Source: Paramoeba atlantica (taxonomy: Eukaryota > Protista > Discosea). Taken from it: a DNA stretch of 64,000 bases. The notes below the pieces were generated by a model. The model saw only the letters and a list, made by a program, of their open reading frames with translations. It was not told the origin of the DNA and searched no databases. Where the stretch lies: contig CDRNVI010000069.1 in assembly GCA_977017575.1 (NCBI GenBank), positions 372,001-436,000 on the forward strand, read 5' to 3'. The translations under genes were made by a program, and so were the position numbers. Positions 48,651 to 60,800 of the stretch are shown here, piece after piece (position 1 is the stretch's first letter; each line of letters begins with the position of its first letter).

Positions 48651-50123
48651 CTACGAATTGATAGAACCTAGCCATGCGGCCTTTGGTAGGCTGTCGCGTA
48701 ATTGCGTGACAATCGTGTACGCATTCAGCTTTTCAATCTCTAGTTGAAAAGCCTCTACTACTTCTTTCACATTCAGATTTGCTCTCTTCGCTAAAGCTGT
48801 TATTAATTTTCGTGTATGTTCATGAAGAAAACCACTCTCAGTCATTGGAATGCATTTAAAATAATCATCTTCTATTCCGCCAGAGTAAACATACTTTTTC
48901 TTTTTCCTTTCAATAGCATTTTGCAGCAGTTGTGCTTCTGTCATTTTTAGGTAACTTGGGCTTCCGGTGTGGACGACTGTAATGTCATACAGCACTTCAC
49001 CTATGTGAGGCCACATGATTCCTAGATCGGGGCCTGATCTGATTCTGCGGGCACGGCAGGGATGTTTTTCTATCTCTCCCTCGGAAACGTGAGCTTTACA
49101 TTTGGTACAGTAGAAGGAAGAATGTGAGCGCGGTTCTACTACACAGGGGACACCAGCTTTCGAGCAGAGGGACGCAAGGAACCTGACGAGATATGAGTGT
49201 TTCTTGGTTGCGTTCATTCCGTTACATTTAGTACAGCCGACAATGTGTTGGAATATGTGAGCAGAGCTAACCTCGGCGGCACATCCAGGGCAATCGATCT
49301 TGTCATTTAAGGTTGGAGGCTTGATCCCAAGTCTAGTCATAATTACGTATCGAAAGAGGTACGGATTAATGTAACCAGAAGAAGACTGTAGATGACTAAA
49401 GGATGATGTTGTCCGTTTTAATATGGAGTCGAGTCGCGGATCTTTGCGAATCTCTTCTGACAGTTTCTTTTGCTCAAATTTTATGGACTTCAACGCTTGT
49501 TTTCGGGCCTTTTGCTGCTTGAGTAAAGGGAGTGCGACGTGCCGTTCCTGAGTGGAAGTCTTCGACTTGCGCGCGTCTACCGGAGCTTTTGTGGTTTGAA
49601 TTTGCTCATCAATAGATTTGGAGGCAGTGTCGAAGAAGTAGCGATGTTTCAAAACGGAGGGAGTTAAACCGAGTCCTCCTAGGTGAGGACCTCCTAGGTT
49701 AAACCGAGTCCTCCTAGGTTGAGGTTGCCGCTGCGGAGGCGGTTGCGATCGCTTCGCAGGACTTTGCGACGGGGGCGATCGCGGCGGTGCTGGCGATTCC
49801 GACGTTTGCGCTTGCGGTGCTGTCGGAGACGATCGCGGTTGCGACGGAGACTTTTGCGACGGAGGCAATAGTTGTGATCGCGGCAATGTTGTCGCAGACG
49901 GACCCTCAGGAGATTTCTTGTGTCGATCGCTCGGCAGCGACTGCGGTGACGGCGGCGGCGGCGCCGAAAGTTCAAGCGGCGGCGGTCCAGTTGCTCGCGA
50001 TTCAGACGGTGCCGGCCGAGGCCGTTCCTCCGTAGGTTTCTTCCTGCGGCGGGTCGTTGGCAGAGGCTGGACAACTGGAGCTACTCCAGTATCTTTCGCT
50101 CGGCTCCGAGTGAACATGCCCAT
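48651..50123 (-). CDS. Internally deleted group I derivative I-d: N-terminus fused in frame to thumb end, Zn knuckle and RLE; no RT
   Basis: MGMFTRSRAKDTGVAP...QPRRTRFNLGGPHLGGLGLT...RSGPDLGIMW; repeated 21-mers at the junction; A-run about 48556-48567. Confidence 0.85.
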   Translation of the reverse strand: MGMFTRSRAKDTGVAPVVQPLPTTRRRKKPTEERPRPAPSESRATGPPPLELSAPPPPSPQSLPSDRHKKSPEGPSATTLPRSQLLPPSQKSPSQPRSSPTAPQAQTSESPAPPRSPPSQSPAKRSQPPPQRQPQPRRTRFNLGGPHLGGLGLTPSVLKHRYFFDTASKSIDEQIQTTKAPVDARKSKTSTQERHVALPLLKQQKARKQALKSIKFEQKKLSEEIRKDPRLDSILKRTTSSFSHLQSSSGYINPYLFRYVIMTRLGIKPPTLNDKIDCPGCAAEVSSAHIFQHIVGCTKCNGMNATKKHSYLVRFLASLCSKAGVPCVVEPRSHSSFYCTKCKAHVSEGEIEKHPCRARRIRSGPDLGIMWPHIGEVLYDITVVHTGSPSYLKMTEAQLLQNAIERKKKKYVYSGGIEDDYFKCIPMTESGFLHEHTRKLITALAKRANLNVKEVVEAFQLEIEKLNAYTIVTQLRDSLPKAAWLGSINS

Positions 50124-52145
50124 CACAAAAAGAGTAAGAGTACAAAAAATAAAACAACTACCTCGAATGCCGGCGAGATCAGACGATCTCTCATACTGGA
50201 AACGCCACTCGGGAATCGTCAAAGCAAAACCACGCTGACAATTGGTCATGGAAATCACTCAGAATCCGACGCTGTAACCTCCGGCACTCAAATCAACGCT
50301 GCACCGTCACCTATCGATCGAATGGACACAGACGACCCATTCAAGGATTGTGAGTCTCCACTGGCAGAGGCGACTCATCATGCGTCCAATTTGGAAAACG
50401 CAACTTCGGCGAAAGACGGTATTCTCAACCCAGAAGAAGCGAATCGTTCGTCTAATGATCGTTCAGGCGAGGACTTTTCTGGGAGTCAAACCGACTCAAA
50501 TGCAGATCTCATACGCTGCCTCGTTAATTCCATCAATCCCGCCACGCACTTCCCACTGGCAATCGATGAACTCATTGCACGCTCGATCAACGTCAAATCA
50601 GGAGATAAATGCGTCATTGCTTGGTCGTTTGATTGTACCCCACACTTGAACGTTTCGCGAGGCGTCGTCAAAAGCAACAGAATAAGATCCGGAGCAACGA
50701 AAATCACTTTAGAGTACGAGGGGCTATATGGCCACAAGGTAGGATATAGGTTTGTAGGTAGCATCCCTCCACATCCTAACGTTCGAATCTTCAGGGTGGC
50801 ATGGGAGAGTGGAAACGTTGATACGGTGACCAATTCCTTACTCCCTTTCAGCAGCCAGCACACCGATGCCGATCTCGATCTAGAACCCATGCCAACCTTA
50901 CGGACCGTGGCAAAAGAATTCGTACCCTGTGTAATTGCTATCTATCGCGACATACTTCGCAACTACGCCGATAGCACATACACAGAAAGAAACAGGATCT
51001 GGCACCGGATTCTTTCAGCAATGAAATTCTCTCTTGCCACAATTCGCAATGCGAGCAACAAAAGACGCCGCCGTCGCCCCATCTCATCCGATGGACAGGA
51101 ACCGAGTGGAAATTCCGATTTACTTCTCAAAGACAAAAGAGCCATTAAAAAAGCGACTAGCTTGGCGTTAGATGGATGCATTAGAAAAGCCTGCCGAACT
51201 ATGGATCAAGAAATCAGACCTCAAGAGCTCAGTGACAGCGAGACAATTGGAAAGCTTGAGAGTTTACACCCCAAACTAGAAACAACTTTCCAGTTTCCAA
51301 GTGACGCGCCAATCACAGCTTGTGTGGCTCCAAACGAATTGCGTGAAGCGGGCAGAAGAATCGCTAAAGGTGCGTCGCCCGGTCCGACGGGCACAACAGA
51401 TTCCATTCTGCGAATGTTGCTGGACGATGAGATATGCTGCCTCTGCCTCTGCCATATGATGACTGATCTCATCAACGGTGTGCTCAATAAGGAGGTCATG
51501 ACGAGGCTGAAACGGGCCCGCCTTGTTGCCATCCCCAAGCCTTCCGGTGCTGTGCGTCCGATTGCAGTCGGTGAGGTGTGGCTGAAACTAGCTGAAATCA
51601 TTCTTCTGCAACGTCACGATAAAAAGTTGGTGCCGCTCTTCGCCCCTCTTCAGTTCGGCGTTATGATCAAATCGGGTTGTGAACGAGTAGTGCATGAGCT
51701 AAACGAGCGTTACCAGGAGGGATGCGCAATCCTTTCTATCGACATTCGAAATGCCTTTAATTCACCATCTCGCGATGAAATCGCAAAAGCAGTTTTCGCG
51801 TTTCAAACCCTTCGGCCCTTTTACAGGTTGTTCACCGCTGAATACTGCGATCCATCGGAGCTTTTATTCTACGGAAAGGACGGCCAGTTACAAAAGATTC
51901 TTCACAGCACAGCAGGGGTTCGTCAAGGCTCGCCGCTGTCAACAGTTTTTTTCTGCGCCTTTATGCAGCCCATCCTTGAGACACTCGCGCAGGAATTTCC
52001 CAAACTCCGGATATACGCGTTTATTGATGATGTGAACCTGGCGTCAAACGATCCTCAAGAACTCGCTAATGCATACGAAAGACTCAAACAGTTACTCACA
52101 GAAAAACGGATTGAGCTCGCGCCGCAAAAATGCGTTTTCTTTGAA

Positions 52146-53365
52146 AACGCTTGGTTGATCTTGTTGATTTATCTACTCAGTTTTACGTTTCATGATACGA
52201 CGGGGCAACTGCCCCATCAGGCGGAGACACGTCCAGGTTTTGCGGGGAGTGACGGAAAGGTTGCCTTCTAAAAGCGAAGTTCTCCCGTTCCGTGCCCGCA
52301 CCACGTACCAGCAGCAGTGTCTCTCTTGGAAATCGTTTCGTCCGATTCATATTGAGCAAGCGCTTAGTCTCGAGCGCCCTAAAACCCTTTTCAGCTCGGC
52401 TTTCGTTTGCCACAACATGGAACAGATGAATAACATTACTGAGGCGAGACAAGGAAGAAGCCAGACGACTGCCCACACTGAGAGTGAAGTACTCCCGTGG
52501 AGTGCCCGCGCCACGTACCAGCAGCAGTGTCTCTCTTGGAAATCGTTTCGTCCGATTCATGTTGAGCAAGAGCTTAGTCTCGAGCGCCCTAAAACCCTTT
52601 TCAGCTCGGCTTTCGTTTGCCACAACATGGAACAGATGAATAACATTACTGAGGCGAGACAAGGAAGAAGCCAGACGACTGCCCACACTGAGAGTGAAGT
52701 ACTCCCGTGGAGTGCCCGCGCCACGTACCAGCAGCAGTGTCTCTCTTGGAAATCGTTTCGTCCGATTCATGTTGAGCAAGAGCTTAGTCTCGAGCGCCCT
52801 AAAACCCTTTTCAGCTCGGCTTTCGTTTGCCACAACATGGAACAGATGAATAACATTACTGAGGCGAGACAAGGAAGAAGCCAGACGACTGCCCACACTG
52901 AGAGTGAAGTACTCCCGTGGAGTGCCCGCGCCACGTACCAGCAGCAGTGTCTCTCTTGGAAATCGTTTCGTCCGATTCATGTTGAGCAAGAGCTTAGTCT
53001 CGAGCGCCCTAAAACCCTTTTCAGCTCGGCTTTCGTTTGCCACAACATGGAACAGATGAATAACATCACTGAGGCGAGACAAGGAATGAGATTTTCGGCG
53101 AAAATAGTACGAGAGAGAAACACGCAGCACGGTGGAATGGAAGAAAAGAAATCGCAGTAAGATGCGCAACAAAGGTGAAGGAGGCTGCAAAAACAGTCTC
53201 TAGTTTTTGTAGGGAACGTGAGTTCTGAATTATATATATTTCTTATATTAATTATAAGATATTTCTTTGTAAAAAAAAAAAATGAAGAAAATGAGAACAT
53301 AACGTTCTGTAAGGTGGATCTTAGGAACGCCTTTAATAACGTGAGCCGACCCGTCTTCATCTTCC
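52146..53365. mobile_element. 1.22-kb composite insertion with 8-bp target duplication TCTTTGAA (52138-52145, 53366-53373)
   Basis: Contains the 210-bp array, an A-run (about 53271-53283) and a group II RT snippet (FCKVDLRNAFNNVSRPVF). Confidence 0.75.
52270..53086. repeat. 210-bp tandem repeat, about 3.9 units
   Basis: agtgcccgcgccacgtacc at 52501, 52711 and 52921; the first unit is more diverged. Confidence 0.93.
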
Positions 53366-53970
53366 TCTTTGAAGGCATGAACTGTATTGCTATGCCAAGG
53401 CAACTGAAGCAGGACGGTATCATTCGGGAGTCTCACACCACCAAAGTCTTGGGCGCTTACATCGGAGAGGACGAGAAGGTCAGCCAAAAACTTATCCAGA
53501 AGCTCGAGAAGCATCAAACGATGTTCCGTCGACTTAAGACCATGGGGGCCAACAACATCTCTCTTTTGCTTTTATCCAAATGTGTTAACGTTCGACATCG
53601 TTTTTTTTTTTTTTGCAAAAAAAAAAAAAAGAAAATCAATACCAGGATTATTTTTTTTTACCCAGTGAATATTGTTATTGTTATTTTTTTTTCTTAATAA
53701 AAACACAGGTCTTAATGAAAACAAAGGTCTTAACAAAAACAAAGATCATCTAATCCATCCGGTTTTAGGTTGTAGTTTGTTTGCTCGTTGCTTTTTTTTT
53801 GAGGTATTATTTACAGATTTTTAGGGAATAATTTACCGCATGATTGTTTTGGACTTTAGGCGTTGTTGTTGCTGTTGGAATTGACGTGGATTTGCGCATA
53901 TATATATACCATATGTATATTGCATAAAAACGAATCTCTCACTATTATTATTTTGCGGTATGTTCTTTTA

Positions 53971-54149
53971 GTTGCAACTTTACGCAGAGAAAATAAGCGG
54001 TCTTGACACGGGTTCCTTTTGCGAACTTTATTTTTCAATGGCTGAGGCCTCCTATGTTCTTTTAGTTGCCACTTTACGCAGAGGAAAATAAGCGGTCTTG
54101 ACAAGGGTTCTTTTTGCGAACTTTATTTTTCAATGGCTGAGGCCTCCTA
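53971..54149. repeat. About 94-bp tandem duplication covering the stop codon and 3' UTR of I-f
   Basis: gttgc.actttacgcagag...caatggctgaggcctccta twice. Confidence 0.85.
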
Positions 54150-55745
54150 GCCATTGTTCTGCTGAGATGTATTGTCGTAATTGTGATACGACAGTGTAAG
54201 CTGCAAATTTCTCGATTTCTAGTTGAAAGGAATCTCGCGTGTTTTGGAAATCAAGCTCAGCCCTTTTCGCCAGGGTTTTGATTAGGTTCTTCGTTTCTTC
54301 ATGCATTAACCCACAGTCTGTTACCGCTATACATCGAAAATATTCTGGTTCCAGACCTTTTTCCACTATATATTTCCGATGTTTTCGTTCCACTGCACTT
54401 TGTAAAAGAGCTCTGCTGCTTTGTTTACGATATCCACTGCAACATGTATGGATCACTGTCACGTCGTATAAAACTTCCCCTACGTCAGGCCACATTATTG
54501 CTAGATCCGGGCCTGATCTAATTCTTCTAGCGCGACATGGGTGTCTTTCTGCGGCTTCGGGTGAGATTGAACATTTGCACTTTGTACAGAAAAAGGATGA
54601 ATAAAGACTAGGCTCAATGGCGCATGGCAGCCCTGCTTTGGCACACAAGTTAGATAAATACCGTACGATGTGTGAGTGTTTCCTTGTGCTATTCATTCCT
54701 GCACATCGCGAACAGCCGGCCACATGTGGAATAATATTGCTCGGTGATTCAATGGTTCCACATCCTGGGCACGAAACGGTTTCTGGGGCATTCTCCAGTC
54801 TTATCGCTAGACGCATCGTGAGGGTTTGTTTAAATAGGTAAGGATTCACATAGTTGCTGGTCGAGAATAGATGGTAATTTGACTCTTGCGATCTTTTCAT
54901 GATGTTCCCGAATCGAGGATTCCCGCTCAGCTCTGCGGCTACTTTTTCATGTTCACTTTTCATCATTTTTTTCATGCTGGTGCGCGCTCCCTGCGACCCT
55001 GAGTTCTTGTTAGCTTTTCGTTTTTCCTCTGATTCTACCGGAGCTTCAATGGTTTTGACATGCTCATCAATAGAATTGCGAGAAAGGTCGAAAAGGAAAC
55101 GATGTTTCAGGATCGTGGAAGTTATGCCTAATCCCCCCATTTTGCAAGGGAGCGAAGCTAATGACAAAGCGTCGTCGTCCGCCCCACACCATCTCTTTAA
55201 AACACCTCGAATCTCTTTATCGAATTCTTGCGCCAACGAGAGCGATGCGCCTGGTTTATGCACTCGCAAGTGGTAATCGTGGCGCGGCAACGTGCACCGC
55301 TTGAGAATAGCAAGTGACAAATTGCTTGGCCCCATGCAACCGAGTCTTCGGAATAAACAATTGTGTTTTTCTAATTTTTCCAGGAGCTTCCGTTCGACTG
55401 CTTTATTGCTGCCTATGTAGCCTCCAAGCACTTTGATCGTATCCACGCAATCCTGAACTCCCAGTTCTCGAAGTGCTGAAACTTTACAGTGTTGTGCTTT
55501 TGATCCTTGAAAGATTTCACACTTGTGGAAGTTTATTTCCAGGTTCAGGTCCTTTGTAAGCTCTTGAAAATGTTTGAAAGCTACTTCTAGAGAGGCTTCA
55601 TTTTTGGAACTCATTGTGACGTCATCCTGATAAGCTCGTAAGGTGACTTCTGGATACGCATCCGCGACTTCCTTCAAAGCTCCTTGTAGCAAAGTGCAAA
55701 AATACAGAGATGATAATGCTGATCCTTGCCGAACTCCAGATGAAC
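54130..55745 (-). pseudogene. 5'-truncated group I copy I-f (I-b-like; from RT motif 4 to the end)
   Basis: SGVRQGSALSSLYFC (about 55745), AYQDD, LPCKMGGLGI, RSGPDLAIMW. Confidence 0.88.
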
Positions 55746-57214
55746 ATCGTTACCACATGCGAGTTCATAATCCGGATAGCTCCTTGCAGCTTACACGCAA
55801 TTTTGACAAGGAAGTAGACAATGTTCTACGATCGTGGCTCGACACTGAACTGTCGGAAGAAAAACTGGAATGGTTACGCCTTCCCCCCAAAAAGGGCGGG
55901 ATCGGTCTTACGCCTTCGGAACCAATACGCGAGGTTCAGTTTTCAAAGTCGAAACAAGCTGCGCTGGAGCGCTCCAAACATCTTTCAGCTTCAACCAGCA
56001 TTTTGACTTTGACAAGTGGATCTCAGGGGTCCCAGAGAACTTCCATTGATGAGTCCGTATCCGAAGAGCTGCATCATAACTTAGACAAACATTCTCGGAG
56101 GCATTTCTCCTGTGAAATCCTATAAGCTCCCTACAGCAGGAAGCCACGTAGGAAAATGAGAAATGTGCTCCTTCCCCCCTTCTCTCAATTTTCGAAGAGA
56201 AACTATCTCCGTATAAAATAGAAAATATATAATATTTAGATGTCAACGGATAACTTAGTATGCGACAACCTGATGAAATGCAAAGACAACGCTGTCATCA
56301 TCAAGGCAGCCAGCGAAAAAGGAAACTCCTGTTGGCTAAACTCCTCTGCTAGGCAAATCTCCTCTCAGCACTTCACTCTCGCTTTAATGCCACGCCTAGG
56401 CATAGCCCACCCATCATTACCGACGAATCTGAAATGCCCTGGGTGTCAGATACTGTTGTCTGCTCAGGACGCGATTGCACACGTCACAGGTTGCGTCAAG
56501 TGTGCGGGTAACAATGCGTCAACAAAACACAACTGCATGGTACGCAGGATTTACGACTTATGCATAAAAGCTGGAATTCCGTGCGAAATGGAGCCTAGAC
56601 CATTCTCTAGTTATCGCTGCCTGAAATGCAACGAGGTGGTGGAAGGAGAGAGGAAGTCAGAGCATCAACGCACATGCGGTTCTCCCTCCTTCCACCGTTC
56701 CGGACCGGATTTGGCGATATACTGGGCAACGGGAATTATCTATTACGACTTCACAATCCTGCATGAATTTGCCCCATCGAATGCCGGCAGAAGCGGGGCG
56801 CAGTTAATGCGAGATGCAATTAAAAAGAAACACGCCACGTACGTCAAAACAGGTTTGATACCGTTTGAGCAATTTAAATGCATCCCCATGCTTTCTGGAG
56901 GAGCGCTTCATAGCGGCACTAAGATTCTCCTTAACTCGCTTGCTGATGTGTGCGGCTTATCACGAGAGTTCGTAATACATGATCTCGCCTTGCGCTTGCA
57001 AGAGTTGAACGGGTCGATCGCGCTTTCTCAGCTTCGGAGATTCATTGACCCTCGCAGCGACGAAGAGTCTGCCTTTTGAAAAAGTTCTTTTTAGAACGTA
57101 GTTAATAAATGAAAAAGTGGAAATATTAACCCCTTTTTGATCTAATCTCACATGTAAACCTGGGTGTGTTATTAACTGAAGAGACAGGAAGTTTCCTTAA
57201 AAAAAAAAAAAAAA
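55746..57214 (+). pseudogene. 5'-truncated group I copy I-g (thumb, Zn knuckle, RLE, UTR, A-run), interrupted by a 165-bp insert
   Basis: HRYHMRVH..LPPKKGGIGL..ELHHNL|VCDNLMKC..HRSGPDLAIYW; stop 57079; A-run about 57199-57214. Confidence 0.87.
56085..56249. mobile_element. 165-bp unidentified insertion with 9-bp target duplication ATAACTTAG
   Basis: Duplication at 56076-56084 and 56250-56258; removal restores the I-g frame. Confidence 0.8.
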
Positions 57215-57227
57215 TTGGGCTACAACA

Positions 57228-57333
57228 TGTGAAATTGCTAATTTGATTGCTTGTTTACAAATCATATACCCCCCCAATGGACCTTCATGGTTCATGTATT
57301 GGGTAATATAGAGGCAATGCCGCGTTTCATACT
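57228..57333 (+). mobile_element. Diverged fragment of the group II 3' UTR end
   Basis: aattgctaatttgattgcttgttt..atcatataccccc..aatggacc..aatatagaggcaatgccgcg matches the reverse complement of 57855-57965. Confidence 0.8.
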
Positions 57334-57344
57334 AGGAGATATAC

Positions 57345-57560
57345 CTAGCCGCATTTGCGGTGCATCTGAACCGTTGGCGAAGGTACCGGTGGCGATGGTG
57401 TCAGCGTCGCTGGCGGCGGAGGTTCGGGCGGCGATGGCGTCGATTCGGGTGTCGGCGGCCGCTCATCAGGGGTTTTCTTCCTTCGACGCGTTGGTGGCAG
57501 CGGTTGGATCACCGGAGCTACTCCAGTGTCCTTCGCCCGACTGCGGGTGAACATGCCCAT
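57345..57560 (-). pseudogene. Short I-d-like N-terminal fragment (MGMFTRSRAKDTGVAPVIQPLP)
   Basis: Near-identical to the start of 48651-50123. Confidence 0.82.
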
Positions 57561-57818
57561 AAGGGGGGGAAGTAAGAATGTAAAAAAAAAGAATCAACTC
57601 TAAAAAAAAAGAATCGCTCGGTGGCATCTTGGGGAATGATTCATCGAACTCGTATGATTTTTAGCAGAATTTAGTGGATCATGGAGGTCTGGAGGTGATA
57701 ACGGTGTCAGAGGTGGCAGCGACGGCGGTGGCAACGGCGGTGGCAAATCTGGCGATTCTGGGCTCGGGCGTGTAGTTTGCGTGGTGATGATTGCTGAAAG
57801 TTGATGGCTCTCAGTTTG

Positions 57819-60800
57819 TTTTTTTTTTTTTTTTGCAATTAATAAGGGGGGGAGAAGTATGAATCGCGGCATTGCCTCTATATTTTGACCCAGTAGACGA
57901 ACCAAGTACATAGTAGGTCCATTAGGGGGGTATATGAATTTAAAACAAGCAATCAAATTAGCAATTCTTTTTATTTCCACAGGAGTATATTTTGTTTTTC
58001 TTTTTTCTCAGCCCAAAACTAGCAATTCAATCTCCCCTAAGTATATACTACAAACAAGAAACAGTAAAAATTAAAACAAGCAATCCATGCCCAATCCATT
58101 CGCGCGTTCCGGACCGGGTCTTTCGACCTCTCCACGGCCTGACTTGTGGACCCTTCCCTTGTTATACGGGAGGGCGCAGGCGCGGGCCTGTGTCGACAGC
58201 GACACGGTCGCGAAACAGGATGCTGGCCGACGGGGAGGAGATTCACTACCCGTGTACTACCTCACTTGGGGTACCTAGCCCTGACGGACTAGGCGTGAGC
58301 ATAGACTCTGTCGACTCGACCAGCATCCGGGCCAGAGGTATGTGGCCCTGCGCATGGCGTCTTCGCCATGCCCCTAAGCGCCTTCAAGGGGGGGCGTTAG
58401 GGTCACTGACAACTATCCTGGAGACCATCATCCGAGCCTGGGAACGCATCAACGTGACATTAAGCTCTTTCAAAAGGATGTTTCGTGCCTGAGTGTCTGT
58501 TAAAAGACCGTTCGACGCGTTGGCACGTAACGCTCCCACCTTCCACAGGACCGTCAAGGCACTTCTGCTCCATGAGCCGAAGGACTCAACAATCATCGCT
58601 GTGAACAGTAACTGAGCTGCTTCCGCTTCCTGGCGCTGCTTCCCTTTCGTTTCAGAGAAGTGTTCAGCAAAAGACCCCGCAGCCACCCAGCTAGCATTAC
58701 GGACTGAGTCCAAATACTTCAATTGCTGTGCGTGGGTGACTGCGAAGTCTAGAACCATGCCACTTCCCAGTTCATAGTTGGGAAGAAAAACATCGCCTGG
58801 TCTGGTGAGACCTCCTCCAGGTCCCCGATTTCCGAGACTTTTTTCCCTTTGCGGAGCCATATTGGCCTTGCTGCAGAAGGAGGTGAACTGTTGGCAGACC
58901 GCATTGTGGCGGGTGATGAGGCCGTGCCCGTTCTTACACATCAGAGCGTATTCCCCATTTTTTAGGAGTGGTAAGTCACATCCTTTTGCTGGACAAGGTC
59001 GATCCTCTGGATAGACATCCATGCCCAACCACCAGCGGGATAAGGTACGGAACTCTGTGGGAGTGAAAGCGTATCCCTTGGTCCGCGACGGAGTCACGAA
59101 AGCCCAGCTCCCGGCACCTTTTCCGGACTCTGATATCCATCTTGCACGTGTGCGGGGGTCAGCCTTCTCGTATGCAGTGTTAAATTCTTGCTGGGAAATG
59201 ACTTGGCTGAGCTGTTGCTGTCTAGGGATAATCATCTCCGGTTCGGCCGTCTTCTCTGATCCCTTTTTATTCTGCGTCCGCCGAGGGCGTTTTGTTTGCG
59301 AGGACAAGCTATGACGCAGATCAGAATCTGTGCGAGGATTGTTTTGTTTGGGAGTGCGTCCTGTGCATGGGTCCACAAGCGCTGCGCCTGCTTTATCGTT
59401 TACGTCTTGCACGGAGGTAGTAAATCCTTGAGCTTCCAAGGGGTCCCAGTCGTCCATGTCGGCGGCATGAGCGACAGATGAAACGTATGCCGCCGTTGCG
59501 TGCAGTGTCGACGATCTGAGACCGAAGCCTCCGTGGCGCTTCCTGCGCAGTATTTGATCACGTGCGGGGGGGTCCAGGGGAAAAAGTGCCCACTCTACAG
59601 CCGTCATGACAGAGTCGTCTAGTAAAAAGCAAAGATGGGTAAGGGCCTGTGGGGGTGTAGTTCGGAGGGCGTATACCATCTGACAGAACCCCGTGCATTG
59701 ACGGATTAGAGCACTGGCCACTTGGGGGTCTCCTATTAAACCTATGGCGGCTAGGGTCTCACGTGCTGGGTCGATGGCGTGCTGCATCAGGAACTCCGCG
59801 CAGTGCTCGTCCGACCCGATCGGGCTCCCAAGGATATCGAAGTTCCCGTCGTGCCGGATTTTCGCCTTTGGGATCTCGGGAAAAAGCGTTGTGAGATGAG
59901 CCGAGGCAGGTGGCGTTATGATTTCACTTTTCGCAGGATTCAAGAAAAGTCCGCACCGGGGGCCAACTTCCGAAAAAACGTCCACCGCCTTTCTGACCTC
60001 CACAGCCTCTCCCATAAGAACCCCATCGTCGAGGTACCACAGTTGCGAGTCAAGGTTTGATCGGGATGCTATCTCTTCCGTCACCTCAGAAAGCACTAGA
60101 GAGAATAAAAGTGGGCCTAAAGGATCACCTTGTTGCACGCCTTCGGCTGAAGGGATGAAATTGTTTCCATACGTGAGGCAACTCGGACTTGAGTAGCACC
60201 ATTCTACCCAGGGCGAAAGTTCCGGAAAATGTAGGCGCGTGAGAAGAGCGAAGACGGGTCTGCTGACGTTGTTAAAAGCGTTTCGCAGATCAACCTTGCA
60301 GAAAACCAGCTTGTCGCTCCCCATGTTGTTGAGCATAGTTTTCCGACAGAGATGAATCACTCGTTCGGACCCCGCAGATGCGGCAACACCGTATTGGCGT
60401 CCACGGAATAACGTTCCCGCCTTCTCCTTTACGGCGAGGCATGCTGCCTTGCTTACTAGGCGCCTTAGGGTTTCGCCCGCCGCAATGGGCCGTACGTCGT
60501 CTTCGCCTTTCTCCAGAGCGCAAAGTCTAGCTCCTGCATAGGACTGCTGAACTTCAGGCGGCGCCTTTCCCTCGAGTAAGTGGTTCACGAGGCGTGTGAG
60601 AGCTGAGAGAGGACTTACGTTTTTGTCCTCGTGTTCCAAAATAGCCGACTGGAGATGCTCAGGACGGAGGCCCATTGTACCGGCGGAAGACCCCCTGTGA
60701 AAGCTTTGAACCGCATTCCTGACCTCTGCTTCTTGCAACTGTAGAGGGGCACCCTTAATCGGCGGTAGATCTTCCTCGAGGGGATTTTCGTGGGGCTCTG

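Larger units (their letters stand above)
50160..53600 (+). pseudogene. Group I fragment I-e (beta-barrel module plus RT), interrupted at 52146-53365 and truncated at about 53600
   Basis: GVRQGSPLSTVFFC, AFIDD, QKCVFFE | GMNCIAMPRQL..KVLGAYIGEDEKV rejoin across the TCTTTGAA duplication. Confidence 0.88.
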
